Position numbers and translations under genes: made by a program. From assembly GCA_030447875.1 (NCBI GenBank), contig JAUJOA010000006.1, positions 59,648-123,647 on the forward strand: 64,000 bases of DNA, read 5' to 3'. Below are positions 18,304 to 28,675 of the stretch, one piece after another (the first letter of the stretch is position 1; the number at the start of each line of letters is the position of its first letter). A model generated the notes under the pieces. The model was not told the DNA's origin. It did no database searches and saw only the letters and a list, made by a program, of their open reading frames with translations. The DNA is from Thermoleophilaceae bacterium. GTDB taxonomy: Bacteria; Actinomycetota; Thermoleophilia; Solirubrobacterales; Thermoleophilaceae.

Positions 18304-19872
18304 CTACAGCGGGATGTTGCCGTGCTTGCGCTTCGGTCCTGCCACGCGCTTGGTCTGAAGGATCTCGAGCGCGCGTATCAGCTTCGGCCGCGTCTCGTGC
18401 GGCACGATCACGTCGTCGAGGTAGCCGCGCTCGGCCGCCGAGTAGGGATTTGCGAAGCGCGCCTTGTAGTCGGAGATCAGCTTCTGGCGCCGCTCGTCGG
18501 GGGTAGGCGAGCTGGCGATGTCGCGCCGGTGGATGATGTTGACAGCGCCTTCGGGGCCCATCACCGCGACCTCGGAGGTGGGCCAGGCGAAGTTGAAGTC
18601 GGCCAGCATGTGCTTCGAGTTCATGACGTCGTAGGCGCCGCCGTAGGCCTTCCGCGTGACGACGGTGAGCTTCGGCACGGTCGCCTCGGTGAAGGCGTAG
18701 AGGAGCTTCGCGCCGTGGCGGATGATGCCGCCCCACTCTTGGTTCGTGCCCGGCAGGAACCCCGGCACGTCGGTGAACGTCAGGAGGGGGATGTTGTAGG
18801 CGTCGCAGAAGCGCACGAAGCGCGCGCCCTTTACCGATGCGTCGATGTCGAGCACGCCGGCCAGCTGGTTCGGCTGGTTCCCGACCACGCCGATCGCATG
18901 GCCGTTGAGGCGTGAGAAGCCGACGATCAGGTTCTTCGCGTAGTGCTCGTGCACCTCGAAGAACTCGCCATCGTCGACGATCAGGTGCACGACGTCGCGC
19001 ATGTCGTACGGCTTGTTCGGCTCAGCCGGAACGACCTTGTCGAGCTCCGGGTCCATCCGATCGGGATCGTCCCCCGGCTCAACGCGCGGCGGCAGCTCGA
19101 GGTTGTTCTGGGGAATGAACGACATGAGGTAGCGCACGTCCTCGAGGCAGGCTTCCTCGTCGTCTGACGCGAAGTGGGCAACCCCCGATTTCGAGTTGTG
19201 CGTCATCGCGCCACCCAGCTCCTCGAAAGTTGGTTCCTCGCCCGTCACGGTCTTGATCACGTCGGGACCCGTGATGAACATGTGCGAGGTCTCCTTGACC
19301 ATGAAGATGAAGTCCGTCATGGCCGGGGAGTAGACGGCGCCGCCGGCGCACGGGCCCATGATCAGGCTGATCTGAGGGATCACCCCCGAGCACTGCACGT
19401 TGCGCACGAAGACGTCGCCGTAGGCGCCGAGCGACACGACGCCCTCCTGTATCCGTGCGCCGCCGGAGTCGTTGATCCCGATCACGGGGCAGCCGATCCG
19501 CGCGGCCAGGTCCATGACCTTGCACATCTTCTCGGCCATCACCTCGCCGAGGGAGCCGCCGAAGACGGTGAAGTCCTGGGAGAAGACGCAGACCGGCCGT
19601 CCGTCGATCAGGCCGTGCCCGGTGACCACCGCGTCGCCCCACGGCTTGTTCTTCTCCATGTCGAACTCGTGTGTCCTGTGGCGGACGAAGGTGTCGAGCT
19701 CGTGGAACGAGCCGTGGTCCAGCAGCTTGTCGATGCGCTCACGGGCGGTGAGCTTGCCCTTGGCGTGCTGCTTCTCGACGGCGGTCTCCGACGCCGAGTG
19801 GATCGCCGCATCGCGCAGCTCCTGGAGCTGGCCGAGCTTCTCCTCGTAGGTCTCGGGCACTTTCGCGCGCAT
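18304..19872 (-). CDS. pccB: Propionyl-/acyl-CoA carboxylase beta subunit (carboxyltransferase)
   Basis: 522 aa. [30 protein letters not shown] and the overall carboxyltransferase pattern. Confidence 0.9.
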   Translation of the reverse strand: MRAKVPETYEEKLGQLQELRDAAIHSASETAVEKQHAKGKLTARERIDKLLDHGSFHELDTFVRHRTHEFDMEKNKPWGDAVVTGHGLIDGRPVCVFSQDFTVFGGSLGEVMAEKMCKVMDLAARIGCPVIGINDSGGARIQEGVVSLGAYGDVFVRNVQCSGVIPQISLIMGPCAGGAVYSPAMTDFIFMVKETSHMFITGPDVIKTVTGEEPTFEELGGAMTHNSKSGVAHFASDDEEACLEDVRYLMSFIPQNNLELPPRVEPGDDPDRMDPELDKVVPAEPNKPYDMRDVVHLIVDDGEFFEVHEHYAKNLIVGFSRLNGHAIGVVGNQPNQLAGVLDIDASVKGARFVRFCDAYNIPLLTFTDVPGFLPGTNQEWGGIIRHGAKLLYAFTEATVPKLTVVTRKAYGGAYDVMNSKHMLADFNFAWPTSEVAVMGPEGAVNIIHRRDIASSPTPDERRQKLISDYKARFANPYSAAERGYLDDVIVPHETRPKLIRALEILQTKRVAGPKRKHGNIPL

Positions 19873-19943
19873 GGCGCGAGATTCTAGGCGACGCAGCTAC
19901 CCCTGCGCTACACTGGATCCGTGCTACACAGGCCGATTGTGCG

Positions 19944-20177
19944 TTGAGCAACCTCACGCTCAGCCTCGACGAGGAGCTACTGCGGCGCGCCCGGATGCGT
20001 GCCCTCGAGCGAGGGACGTCCGTGAACGCGCTCGTCCGCGAGTACCTCGAGGACTTCGCCGGCGACAGCCCGGCCAGGGAGGGCATCCGCGAGTTTCTCG
20101 CGCTTGCCAGGGGAACGTCGGCGAGCAGCGGCGCCGGCGGCCGCGCCTGGACGCGTGACGGCGTGCATGGCCGGTAG
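19944..20177 (+). CDS. vapB: Ribbon-helix-helix (CopG/VapB-like) antitoxin
   Basis: 77 aa with a TTG start. LSLDEELLRRARMRALERGTSVNALVREYLE is an RHH fold signature. Overlaps the downstream PIN gene by 11 nt. Confidence 0.75.
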   Translation: MSNLTLSLDEELLRRARMRALERGTSVNALVREYLEDFAGDSPAREGIREFLALARGTSASSGAGGRAWTRDGVHGR

Positions 20178-20580
20178 GTCGTTTCTCGACACGAACATCC
20201 TGGCGTACGCCGTCGATGACGCGGACGTCGGCAAGCGGGACGTGGCGCGCGAGCTGATCGCCGCGCCCGAGGAACGGCTTGTCGTGAGCACGCAGGTGCT
20301 CAGCGAGTTCTACGTCGTGACGACTCGCAAGCTCGCATCTCCCCTGTCTGAGCAAGACGCCGCGCGGGCGGTCGAGGCGCTCTCGAAGCTACCGACGGTC
20401 GTCATGGATCAGGCGCTCGTGCGGTCTGGGATCGGTATCAGTCGCGAAGCTCGACTGTCGCTCTGGGACGGTCTGATCCTCGCAGCGGCATCGGCAGGCG
20501 GCTGCGATCGCGTCCTGACCGAGGACTTGGCCGACGGAGCCTCGATCCGTTCCGTCCGCGTCGAGAACCCCTTCCGCTAG
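20167..20580 (+). CDS. vapC: PIN-domain toxin (VapC family)
   Basis: MAGRSFLDTNILAYAVD...STQVLSEFYVV...DGLILAAASAGGCDRVLTED contains the PIN acidic residues. I chose the internal ATG at 20167. Confidence 0.85.
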   Translation: MAGRSFLDTNILAYAVDDADVGKRDVARELIAAPEERLVVSTQVLSEFYVVTTRKLASPLSEQDAARAVEALSKLPTVVMDQALVRSGIGISREARLSLWDGLILAAASAGGCDRVLTEDLADGASIRSVRVENPFR

Positions 20581-20610
20581 ATCGGGGCCCCTCCTCCTCG
20601 AGCGGCGCCG

Positions 20611-20632
20611 GTTCACCCTCCGTTAACTAAGC
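20611..20632 (+). promoter_or_regulatory. Possible PHO box: two 11-nt direct repeat units GTTCACCCTCC-GTTAACTAAGC
   Basis: Lies 40-60 nt upstream of the phoD start. The GTTCACC core resembles actinobacterial PhoP direct-repeat units. Called on motif resemblance only. Confidence 0.3.
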
Positions 20633-20672
20633 TCGGGCCGGGAACGGGCACACTCACGACGGGACGGCTCGC

Positions 20673-22370
20673 ATGGACAGGGGGAACTTGAACCGCGAGA
20701 TGGATCGGCGAAGGTTTCTCGGCGGCGGAGCCGCCGGTGTCGGAGCGCTCGCACTCGGAGCCGATCCGGCGAAGGCCTTCTCGCGCGGGAGCACGGTCTT
20801 CCGCAGGCGCGGGCGGCGAGGCCCCTCCGACGCTCGCGGCGTGGGCTTCAAGCAGGGCGTGGCCGCGGGCGAGCCGCGAACGGACGGCATAACCCTCTGG
20901 ACCCGCCTGGAGGGAATCGATCGCGACTCCGGGCTCCGGGTGGAGGTCTCATCAGACCGCGACTTCCGGCGCGTCCTGGTGCGCGAGCGCGTCCAGGCCG
21001 AACGCGATCGCGACTTCACCGTTCATGCGAGGTTGCGGAGCTCTCGCCTGAAGCCCGGGGAGCGCTACTACTACCGCTTCTTCACGACCGATGACGAGAG
21101 CTCGCCCGTCGGCCGCTTCCGGACCGCCCTGCCGAGCGACTCGCGGGAGCCGGTGCGGATCGGCTTCTTCTCCTGCCAGCAGTACGAGTCGGGCTTCTAC
21201 ACCGCACACAGCGAGCGCGGCGGGCTGGCGGCCCAGGACGACCTGGACATCGTGGTCTGCCTGGGCGACTACATCTACGAGCGTGCCTCGTCTGACGACG
21301 ACACGCGGATCGACCGCACCGGCGAGAACCGCGACGGGGAGGCGCAGAAGCTCTTCGAGTACCGGCAGAAGTACGGCCTCTACCACGGCGATGCGGACCT
21401 GCGCGAAGTGCGGCGGATGCACCCGCTGCAGGCGATCTGGGACGACCACGAGTTCGAGAACGACTACGCGGGCGATCAGCCGAGCGAGGGGAACAGCAAC
21501 GTCAAGGAGCGGCGGGTGCGCTACCTGAAGCGGCGCCGCAACGCATATCGCGCCTTCTTCGAGCACATGCCGATGACCCCCGACCGCGACGACCGCTTCC
21601 AGATCTTCGGGCGCGTCCGCCTAGGCGCCAACGCCGACCTCTTCCTGCTGGACGAGCGGCGCTTTCGCGATCGTCAGCCCTGTGGCGGCAGGACCGGCAC
21701 ACCGTGCCCGCGGGCCGAGCGTGAGGATCCCGACCGGACCTTGCTCGGGCGCCGCCAGAAGAGGTGGTTCAAGCGAGCGCTCTCCCGCTCGCAGGCCACG
21801 TGGAAGGTCGTGGGCAACCAGGTCATGATCATGGGGCTCGAGTTCCCGGCTCGCAGTCCGGTCAACCCCGACCAGTGGGACGGCTACGCGGCCGAGCGCC
21901 GTGAGCTGCTCGAGTTCGTCCAGCGTGAGGGGATCGAGAACGTCACCTTCATCACGGGAGACATCCACACGTTCTTCGCCGGGAACGTCACGCCGTCCGG
22001 CCGCCAAGGCGTTCCCTCCGTCGACGGGGTCGCGGCCGCCACGGAGTTCGTCGGCGGATCGATCACGTCCAAGGGCATCGCCGACAGCCTCGGGGGCGAT
22101 GATGGGCGCGAGACGGCGGCGCTGCTCACCGACCAGGCCGTCTACGCCAACAACCCGCACATTCGCTATAGCGACCAGGCGTTCAAGGGCTACGGAGTGC
22201 TCGAGGCACGGCGTGACGAGCTCCGCGTGGAGTACCGCAAGGCGGCGACTACTCAGAAACCCCGCAGCCGCGTCTCGACCCTCCAGCGCTTTCGCGTCGA
22301 GACCGGCGTGCCGCGCGTCGAGGTCGTGGACCCGCCGCTGACCGGTCCCCAGCCGCTGCCTATGCCGTAA
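20673..22370 (+). CDS. phoD: Tat-exported alkaline phosphatase/phosphodiesterase PhoD
   Basis: Twin-arginine signal MDRRRFLGGGAAGVGALALGA. GVAAGEPRTDGITLWTRL and a metallophosphatase core. An alternative ATG lies at 20700. Confidence 0.88.
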   Translation: MDRGNLNREMDRRRFLGGGAAGVGALALGADPAKAFSRGSTVFRRRGRRGPSDARGVGFKQGVAAGEPRTDGITLWTRLEGIDRDSGLRVEVSSDRDFRRVLVRERVQAERDRDFTVHARLRSSRLKPGERYYYRFFTTDDESSPVGRFRTALPSDSREPVRIGFFSCQQYESGFYTAHSERGGLAAQDDLDIVVCLGDYIYERASSDDDTRIDRTGENRDGEAQKLFEYRQKYGLYHGDADLREVRRMHPLQAIWDDHEFENDYAGDQPSEGNSNVKERRVRYLKRRRNAYRAFFEHMPMTPDRDDRFQIFGRVRLGANADLFLLDERRFRDRQPCGGRTGTPCPRAEREDPDRTLLGRRQKRWFKRALSRSQATWKVVGNQVMIMGLEFPARSPVNPDQWDGYAAERRELLEFVQREGIENVTFITGDIHTFFAGNVTPSGRQGVPSVDGVAAATEFVGGSITSKGIADSLGGDDGRETAALLTDQAVYANNPHIRYSDQAFKGYGVLEARRDELRVEYRKAATTQKPRSRVSTLQRFRVETGVPRVEVVDPPLTGPQPLPMP

Positions 22371-22419
22371 CCGCCTCAGAGCGCCGCCAGCGTGGGCCGG
22401 CCGGAGTCACGAGCTCGAA

Positions 22420-22782
22420 CTACCCGCGTGCGAACGGCTTGCGGTGCGCCGAGCCGAGGTCGTCGAGTAGCGCGGTGAGCCTCTCCTCGATGTCGCCGTG
22501 GCGCGCCGGCGCCGGTCGTTCCCCGCGCATGCGCGCCCAGAGGCCGAGATGAGCGGCCGCCTCCTCCACCTCCGCCGTGAGGGTGACCTTGGTCCCCCAG
22601 CCGGATGGCTCGAGCACGGCCGTCCCGCGCGCCCCGTCTGCCTCCCAGGCGAGCGCACGCTCGGGCTCCGTGGCGCGGACGGTGACCTCGCCGACCGCCT
22701 CCGACAGGCGCTCACCCTCGAGATCGCTCCAGAGCTCCGGCGGAGACTTGACCAGCGTCCTTGAAACCTCCACTTCGGGCAT
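22420..22782 (-). CDS. SRPBCC (START/polyketide-cyclase-like) family protein
   Basis: MPEVEVSRTLVKSPPELWSDLEGERLSE...WGTKVTLTAE pattern. I chose the internal ATG at 22782. Confidence 0.5.
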   Translation of the reverse strand: MPEVEVSRTLVKSPPELWSDLEGERLSEAVGEVTVRATEPERALAWEADGARGTAVLEPSGWGTKVTLTAEVEEAAAHLGLWARMRGERPAPARHGDIEERLTALLDDLGSAHRKPFARG

Positions 22783-22961
22783 CGGACGAGGGTTCGACCG
22801 GCACGCGGCGAGTCCTGCCTCGCCCGCCATCGATCCGGCCGGAGCGGCGGGCGCCCGGTTGAGAAGGCGATCAGGTGCGCGTGATGTCTAGACCCGCACG
22901 ATTCGGGTAGCCCGCCTGTATAGCCCTCACCCGGAGGGAAGCCACCACGCGGAGGTCGAAG

Positions 22962-23117
22962 ATGGAGAAGGAAGAGCCGCGCTCCGAGGACCAGAGCGAG
23001 CGAGACGAACCGACGACCGACGAGGAAGAGACGGAGCACGCTCAGGACGGGACGGACAGCACGTTCTTCGATACCGACCAGCACTCGGACGCCCCGGGAC
23101 CGTTCGGGACCGGGTGA
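22962..23117 (+). CDS. Small acidic hypothetical protein (51 aa)
   Basis: ATG preceded by GGAGG. Translation is MEKEEPRSEDQSERDEPTTDEEETEHAQDGTDSTFFDTDQHSDAPGPFGTG. It is below the ORF-track size cutoff. Confidence 0.4.
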   Translation: MEKEEPRSEDQSERDEPTTDEEETEHAQDGTDSTFFDTDQHSDAPGPFGTG

Positions 23118-23169
23118 GCGAAAGCGGGCCTGGCCCCAGCCAGGTGGGACAGCAACGAGAGGAGCAGCG

Positions 23170-23337
23170 ATGGCAGAGCGATCAGGACCTGACCCGCAGC
23201 GCGTCCGCGAGGCGCTCCGCGATACGGGTGGCACCGGTGCGCGCGAAGAAGAGCAGGGCCCGGACACCGAGGACCTGAACGAGGATCCGGCGTACAACCC
23301 GGACGAGGAAGGCCTCAAGGACCTGAAGGGCGGATAG
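23170..23337 (+). CDS. Small acidic hypothetical protein (55 aa) ending in Gly-Gly
   Basis: ATG preceded by GAGAGGAG. Translation is MAERSGPDPQRVREALRDTGGTGAREEEQGPDTEDLNEDPAYNPDEEGLKDLKGG. Third-position GC is about 76% by my count. Confidence 0.4.
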   Translation: MAERSGPDPQRVREALRDTGGTGAREEEQGPDTEDLNEDPAYNPDEEGLKDLKGG

Positions 23338-23342
23338 CCCGC

Positions 23343-24968
23343 TCAGGCCTCCTGGTACTCGCCGAACTCCTCCCGCATCACTCCGCAGGTCTCGCCGATC
23401 GTGCACCGGTCCTTCAGTGCCGCGCGGATCGGGTGGAGGAGGTTGCCGTCCCCGCGGCAGGTGTCACGTAGCTCCTCGAGCCGGTTCCGCACCGCGTCCT
23501 GGTCGCGGTCTTCTTTGAAGGCCTTGAGCCGCTCGACCTGCTCGCGCTCGGACTCCGGATCCACCCTGAGGATCTCCACGTCCTCGATCTCCTCGGTCAC
23601 GTACTTGTTGACGCCCACGACGATGTCCTGCCCCTGCTTGTAGCGCTGGTCGTAGCCCCACGCCGACTCCTCGACCTCCGCCCGAATGAACGGGATGGCC
23701 TGCACCGAGCCGCCGAGGTCCTCGACCTTGTCGATCAGCTCCTGTGAGCGCGCCTCGATCTCATCGGTGAGCGACTCCACGAAGTAGGAGCCGGCGAAGG
23801 GGTCGACGGTGTCCGCCGCGCCCGACTCGTGAGCGAGTATCTGCTGCGTGCGCAGGGCGATTCGCGCGGCGCGCTCGGTGGGCAGCGCCAGTGCCTCGTC
23901 GAATCCGTTGGTGTGCAGCGACTGTGTCCCGCCGCACACCGCGGCGAACCCCTGGAGGGCCACGCGGACGATGTTGTTCTCGGCCTGCTGGGCCGCGAGC
24001 GTCACGCCCCCCGTCTGCGTGTGGAAGCGGATCGTCTGCGAGCGCCTGTCCTTGGCGCCGAAGCGCTCGCGCATGATCCGCGCCCACATCCTGCGCACCG
24101 CGCGGAACTTTGCGACCTCCTGGAAGACGTTGTTGTGGCCGTTGAAGAAGAACGCGAGGCGCGGGCCGAAGTCGTCGACCGACATGCCGGCATCGAGCGC
24201 CGCCTGCACGTAAGCGATCCCGTTGGCGAGCGTGAAGCCGACCTCTTGGACGGCGGAGCAGCCCTTTTCGCGCATGTGGTAGCCGGAGATCGAGATCGTG
24301 TTCCACTTCGGCACCCGCTCGCGGCAGTAGGCGAAGAGGTCCGTGGTGAGGCGCATCGCCGGCTCGGGCGGGTAGATGAAGTTCCCGCGGGCGATGTACT
24401 CCTTGAGGATGTCGTTCTGAGTCGTGCCGCGGAGCTGCTCCGCCGGCACTCCCTGCTCCTCGCCGACGAGCTCGTAGAGGAGGAGGAGCACCGCCGCGGG
24501 CGCGTTGATCGTCATCGAGGTCGACACCTCGTCGAGCGGGATCTGGTCGAAGACTCGCCGTATGTCGTCGATCGTGTCGATCGCGACGCCGGTGCGACCG
24601 ACCTCGCCGAGGCAGAGCGGGTCGTCCGAGTCACGGCCGAGCTGGGTAGGGAGATCGAACGCCATGGACAGCCCGGTGGAGCCGTGCTCGATCAAGTAGC
24701 GGAAGCGCTCGTTGGTCTCCTTGGCGGTGGCGTAGCCCGCGTACTGACGCATGGTCCACACGCGCGAGCGGTACATCTCGGGATGGATCCCGCGCGTGTA
24801 GGGGTACTCGCCGGGCTCGCCGAGCCGCTCCGCCAGATCGGGTCGAACGTCGTCCTCGCCGTAGAGCGTCTCGATGGCGATGCCGGAGTCCGTGAAGCGC
24901 CGCGGGTCGTCGGGGCCGACGATCGGCGCGACCGTGGGCTTCTCCTCGCGGGTTGCCATGGACGACAA
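23343..24968 (-). CDS. Methylmalonyl-CoA mutase-family catalytic (large) subunit without a B12-binding domain
   Basis: 541 aa. [37 protein letters not shown] and the rest of the acyl-CoA mutase TIM-barrel. The ORF ends before any DxHxxG cobalamin-binding domain. Confidence 0.85.
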   Translation of the reverse strand: MSSMATREEKPTVAPIVGPDDPRRFTDSGIAIETLYGEDDVRPDLAERLGEPGEYPYTRGIHPEMYRSRVWTMRQYAGYATAKETNERFRYLIEHGSTGLSMAFDLPTQLGRDSDDPLCLGEVGRTGVAIDTIDDIRRVFDQIPLDEVSTSMTINAPAAVLLLLYELVGEEQGVPAEQLRGTTQNDILKEYIARGNFIYPPEPAMRLTTDLFAYCRERVPKWNTISISGYHMREKGCSAVQEVGFTLANGIAYVQAALDAGMSVDDFGPRLAFFFNGHNNVFQEVAKFRAVRRMWARIMRERFGAKDRRSQTIRFHTQTGGVTLAAQQAENNIVRVALQGFAAVCGGTQSLHTNGFDEALALPTERAARIALRTQQILAHESGAADTVDPFAGSYFVESLTDEIEARSQELIDKVEDLGGSVQAIPFIRAEVEESAWGYDQRYKQGQDIVVGVNKYVTEEIEDVEILRVDPESEREQVERLKAFKEDRDQDAVRNRLEELRDTCRGDGNLLHPIRAALKDRCTIGETCGVMREEFGEYQEA

Positions 24969-25073
24969 AGGATATGCCCGCTCGCACGCGACCCTATGAG
25001 ATCGAGGTTCGGCCTGCCCCTATGACGGGCTGGTGCGAAATGCACAGCGCCGCCGGATGCCATCCTTGGCCGG

Positions 25074-25835
25074 GTGACCAGCCGGGCGAGCGATGCAGGC
25101 GCGACCGACGGTCTGGCCGTCAGCGCCAACAAGGTCTCGAAGACCTTTCTCCAGGGTGAGACCGAGGTGCACGCCGTCCGGAGGGTCGACCTGGCCGTCG
25201 AGCGCGGCGCGTTCGTGGCGATCATGGGTCCGTCCGGCTCCGGCAAGAGCACGCTCCTACATCTCGTCGGCGCCCTCGAGACCCCGACCGGCGGTGAGCT
25301 GTCGGTGGGGGGCAGGGCCCTGAACGGCCTCGGCGAGGGAGAGCTCACTCGCCTGCGCCGCGATCGCATTGGGTTCGTGTTCCAGTTCTTCAACCTCCTG
25401 CCCACCCTCACGGCCGCGGAGAACGTGATGCTGCCCGCCCTGATCGCCGGCCGGCGCAGTCAGGGCGTGGCCGGACGGGTGGAGCAGCTGCTCGGCCTTG
25501 TGGGCCTCGCCGACCGCTCGGACCACCTGCCGGCCCAGCTCTCGGGCGGTGAGCAGCAGCGCGTATCGGTCGCACGGGCGCTGCTGCGTGAGCCGGACCT
25601 CGTGCTCGCCGACGAGCCGACCGGGAACCTCGACACGAAGAGCGGCGAGACGGTCCTGGAGCTGCTTCGCCGGATCGCCGACGACGGCCAGACGGTGGTG
25701 ATGGTCACTCACGACCCCGACGCGGCGGCACACGCCGATCGCGTCGTGTTCCTGCGGGATGGCGTCGTGGCGGGCAGCGTGCCGGGCGGCGATGCCGAGC
25801 GGGTGGCGGCGTCGTTTCGCGAGCTCGGCACATGA
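25074..25835 (+). CDS. ABC transporter ATP-binding protein (MacB/LolD/FtsE-like)
   Basis: Walker [14 protein letters not shown], signature [15 protein letters not shown], Walker [13 protein letters not shown] overlap with the downstream permease. Confidence 0.9.
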   Translation: MTSRASDAGATDGLAVSANKVSKTFLQGETEVHAVRRVDLAVERGAFVAIMGPSGSGKSTLLHLVGALETPTGGELSVGGRALNGLGEGELTRLRRDRIGFVFQFFNLLPTLTAAENVMLPALIAGRRSQGVAGRVEQLLGLVGLADRSDHLPAQLSGGEQQRVSVARALLREPDLVLADEPTGNLDTKSGETVLELLRRIADDGQTVVMVTHDPDAAAHADRVVFLRDGVVAGSVPGGDAERVAASFRELGT

Positions 25836-28582
25836 GGCGCCGGCGCGGGCTGCCCGCCGGCGCACGCCTGCGGTCGTTCGGGGGGTTGGCTTGGCGAAAC
25901 GTGGGCGCGCGCCGGCTCAGGGCGCTGCTCACGGCCGCCGGGATCGTGCTGGGCGTCGGCCTGATGCTGGGGGTGCTGCTCCTCACGGCCACCATCAACT
26001 CGACGTTCCGCAACCTGTTCGACTCGATCTACGGCGAGGCGGATCTGGTCGTGTCGCCCCAGAGCGACACCGGGTCCATCAAGCGGCCGAACCTCCGGCG
26101 GGTCAGGGCGGTCGACGGGGTGCAGGGCGCCCAGGGCGACCTGCAGGACCTGTTCGTGCGGGTCAAGGGCCGCGCGGCTCCGGTGCAGACGAGCGAACCG
26201 GGTCAGGGCACCCAAGCTCAGCCCGGCGCCGAAGCGGCGACCCAGACAGCCCCCGAGGTGACCAGCGGACCGACCGCTGATCCATCCGAGGCGACCACGC
26301 CGGGCGAGACCGCTCCTACGACAACCGAGCCCGTGGACGAGCCCGACGAGGACACCGCCGAGGTGAACGTCGGGACCGTCGATCCGGGCAAGCCGGACAC
26401 GGCGGGGCTCGACTTCACTGACGGCCGTCGGGCCCGAGCCGGTCGCGAGATCGAGCTCGAGCAGAACTGGGCCGACGATCAGAAGCTCGACGTGGGAGAG
26501 CGGGTCCGTCTCGGAACGACCGTCGGCACGCGCTCGTTCGAGGTAGTGGGGCTGTTCCAGTTCGCGCGCACGTTCGGGTTCGGCGGCGAGGGGTTCGGGC
26601 GGATACCGCTCGATACCGGCCGGCGCGTGATGGACAAGCCTCGTGGCTTCGATGAGATCACGGTCGTAGTCGACGAGGGCAGGGACATGACCGCCGTCCG
26701 GCGCTCGGTCAAGGACGCGGTCAGCGGCAGGGTCGAGGTGAATACGCCCGAGGGTCGGTCGAAGGACGTCGAGGACCAGCTTCGCGGTCTACGCGTGCTT
26801 CTGCTGTTCGTCGCGGCGATGGGCCTGTTCGTGGGCGCCTTTCTGATCTTCAACGCCTTTCAGGTGACGATCCTGCAGCGCCAGCGCGAGATCGGGATGC
26901 TTCGCACGCTCGGAGCGAGCCGCGCGGCGATCACGCGCGGCATCCTTCGCGAGGCCGCACTGCTGGGCGTGGTGGGCACTGCGCTCGGTGTGGGGCTCGG
27001 CGTGGCGCTCGCCGTGGGGCTAGTGAGGCTGATGAGCGAGATCGGCTTTCCGGTCGGCGGCCTCTCGTTCTCGCCGCCGGCGGTGGCCGTCGCCGCGGTG
27101 GCCGGCGTGCTCGTCACGCTCCTCGGGGCCCTCTACCCGGCCTGGCGCGCCGGGCGCACAGCGCCGCTTCGAGCGGTGCTCGGCATCGGCGAGTCGCGGC
27201 GACCGCCGAGCGGCTGGCGCGCGGCGCTCGGGCTCGGGATGAGCGCGATCGGGCTGGTGGGCGTATTCGTGCTCGCCTCCTCCGACGAGGTGCCCGCGGG
27301 CGTCGCGGCGGCCGGTATGGGAGGGGTGATCCTGATCTTCCTCGGGGTCACGCTGGCGGCGCCGTTCATCATCGTGCCGGTCGTGCGCGTGCTGTCGTGG
27401 CCGCTGCGTCGCCTGGCTCCGATCCAAGGGAGGCTGGCCTCCGACTCCGCGAAGGCCAACCCCGGGCGGACCGCGCTGACGGCCACCGGCCTGATGATCG
27501 GGCTCGCCCTCGTGACGGCGTTCGGCGCTCTCAGCTCCAGCTTTCTCGGGACGATCACCGGCGAGTTCGACGAGGCCTTCGCGCGCGACTTCACAGTGCA
27601 GCCGAGCGGCTTCAGCCCGGGCGAGGGGGTGCAGCAGAGCTTCTCGCCACGGCTTCAACGGCGGGTGGCCAGGCTCCCCGAGGCCGCAGTGGCCACGCCT
27701 CAGCGCATCTTCTTCTCGCGCGAGCTTCTGCGTGGCGAGGACGGCCTTGCCCTGGGCTTCGAGCCCCTCGAGTACGGGAAGGTCGACGACTCCGACTACG
27801 CCGGCGGGCTCGACGAGGACGAGGTGCTCCCCGAGGTGGCCGAGGGCCGGATCACGGTCGGGGATGCGCTGGCTCGGAAGGAGAAGCTCGAGGCGGGGGA
27901 CGCCGTGCGCCTTCGCGGCCCGTCCGGGAAGCTGCGCACGAAGGTGGCGGGCGTCGTCGAGACGGCGATCTTCGGCGGCCAGACGATCGGCATGTCGCTG
28001 AAGACGATGCGGCAGGTATACGGCGTCAAGCGCGACTCGAACCTCGCCGTCGAGGCGACCTCGCCGAGCGCGCGGCCAACCCTGAGGCGGCGAATCGAGC
28101 GGATCGTCGACAGGGACTTCCCGCAGCTCCAGGTTCTCTCGAACGACGAGCTGAAGACGGAGATCGAGTCGCAGGTCGACGAGCAGTTCGGGTTCTTCAA
28201 CGCCCTGCTGTTCGTCGCAGTGATCGTGTCGCTGTTCGGGGTCATCAACACGCTCTCGATGAACGTGCTCGAGCGGACGCGCGAGATCGGCGTGCTCCGC
28301 GCGCTCGGGTCTTCCCGCTGGCAGGTCCGGCTGACGATCGGGCAGGAGGGGCTGCTGCTATGCACGGTCGGCGCCCTCTTCGGCATCGCGGTCGGAATCG
28401 TGCTCGGTTACGTGTTCGTACGCGGTCTCGCCACCGCTGTTCCGAGCGTCTCCTACGCGGCGCCGTTCGGGACGATCCTCCTGGTGGCCATCACGGGCGT
28501 GGTGCTGGGCCTCCTCGCCTCCGTCCTGCCGGCGCGTAGGGCGGCGCGGATGAACGTGATTCGAGCGCTCTCCTACGAGTAG
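25832..28582 (+). CDS. ABC transporter permease with two FtsX/MacB-type domains
   Basis: 916 aa. Two four-TM FtsX modules separated by large extracytoplasmic regions. C-terminal ARRAARMNVIRALSYE is typical of the family. Confidence 0.85.
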   Translation: MRRRRGLPAGARLRSFGGLAWRNVGARRLRALLTAAGIVLGVGLMLGVLLLTATINSTFRNLFDSIYGEADLVVSPQSDTGSIKRPNLRRVRAVDGVQGAQGDLQDLFVRVKGRAAPVQTSEPGQGTQAQPGAEAATQTAPEVTSGPTADPSEATTPGETAPTTTEPVDEPDEDTAEVNVGTVDPGKPDTAGLDFTDGRRARAGREIELEQNWADDQKLDVGERVRLGTTVGTRSFEVVGLFQFARTFGFGGEGFGRIPLDTGRRVMDKPRGFDEITVVVDEGRDMTAVRRSVKDAVSGRVEVNTPEGRSKDVEDQLRGLRVLLLFVAAMGLFVGAFLIFNAFQVTILQRQREIGMLRTLGASRAAITRGILREAALLGVVGTALGVGLGVALAVGLVRLMSEIGFPVGGLSFSPPAVAVAAVAGVLVTLLGALYPAWRAGRTAPLRAVLGIGESRRPPSGWRAALGLGMSAIGLVGVFVLASSDEVPAGVAAAGMGGVILIFLGVTLAAPFIIVPVVRVLSWPLRRLAPIQGRLASDSAKANPGRTALTATGLMIGLALVTAFGALSSSFLGTITGEFDEAFARDFTVQPSGFSPGEGVQQSFSPRLQRRVARLPEAAVATPQRIFFSRELLRGEDGLALGFEPLEYGKVDDSDYAGGLDEDEVLPEVAEGRITVGDALARKEKLEAGDAVRLRGPSGKLRTKVAGVVETAIFGGQTIGMSLKTMRQVYGVKRDSNLAVEATSPSARPTLRRRIERIVDRDFPQLQVLSNDELKTEIESQVDEQFGFFNALLFVAVIVSLFGVINTLSMNVLERTREIGVLRALGSSRWQVRLTIGQEGLLLCTVGALFGIAVGIVLGYVFVRGLATAVPSVSYAAPFGTILLVAITGVVLGLLASVLPARRAARMNVIRALSYE

Positions 28583-28675
28583 GCGCCGGCCCGGGCATAC
28601 TTCGGCGTGCTTGCCTTCTACTCGGCTCGACGCCCTCCCGACTCAGGGCTGTGAGGAGTTGCACCCTCCGGCCCG

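Noticed and set aside
23170-23337. Whether the 55-aa acidic ORF is Pup (prokaryotic ubiquitin-like protein)
   Set aside because: Pup ends in ...[FY]VxxxVQKGGQ/E and has a conserved helical Mpa-binding segment. This ORF ends ...LKDLKGG with no terminal Gln/Glu and shares none of the Pup consensus. I kept it only as an unclassified small ORF.
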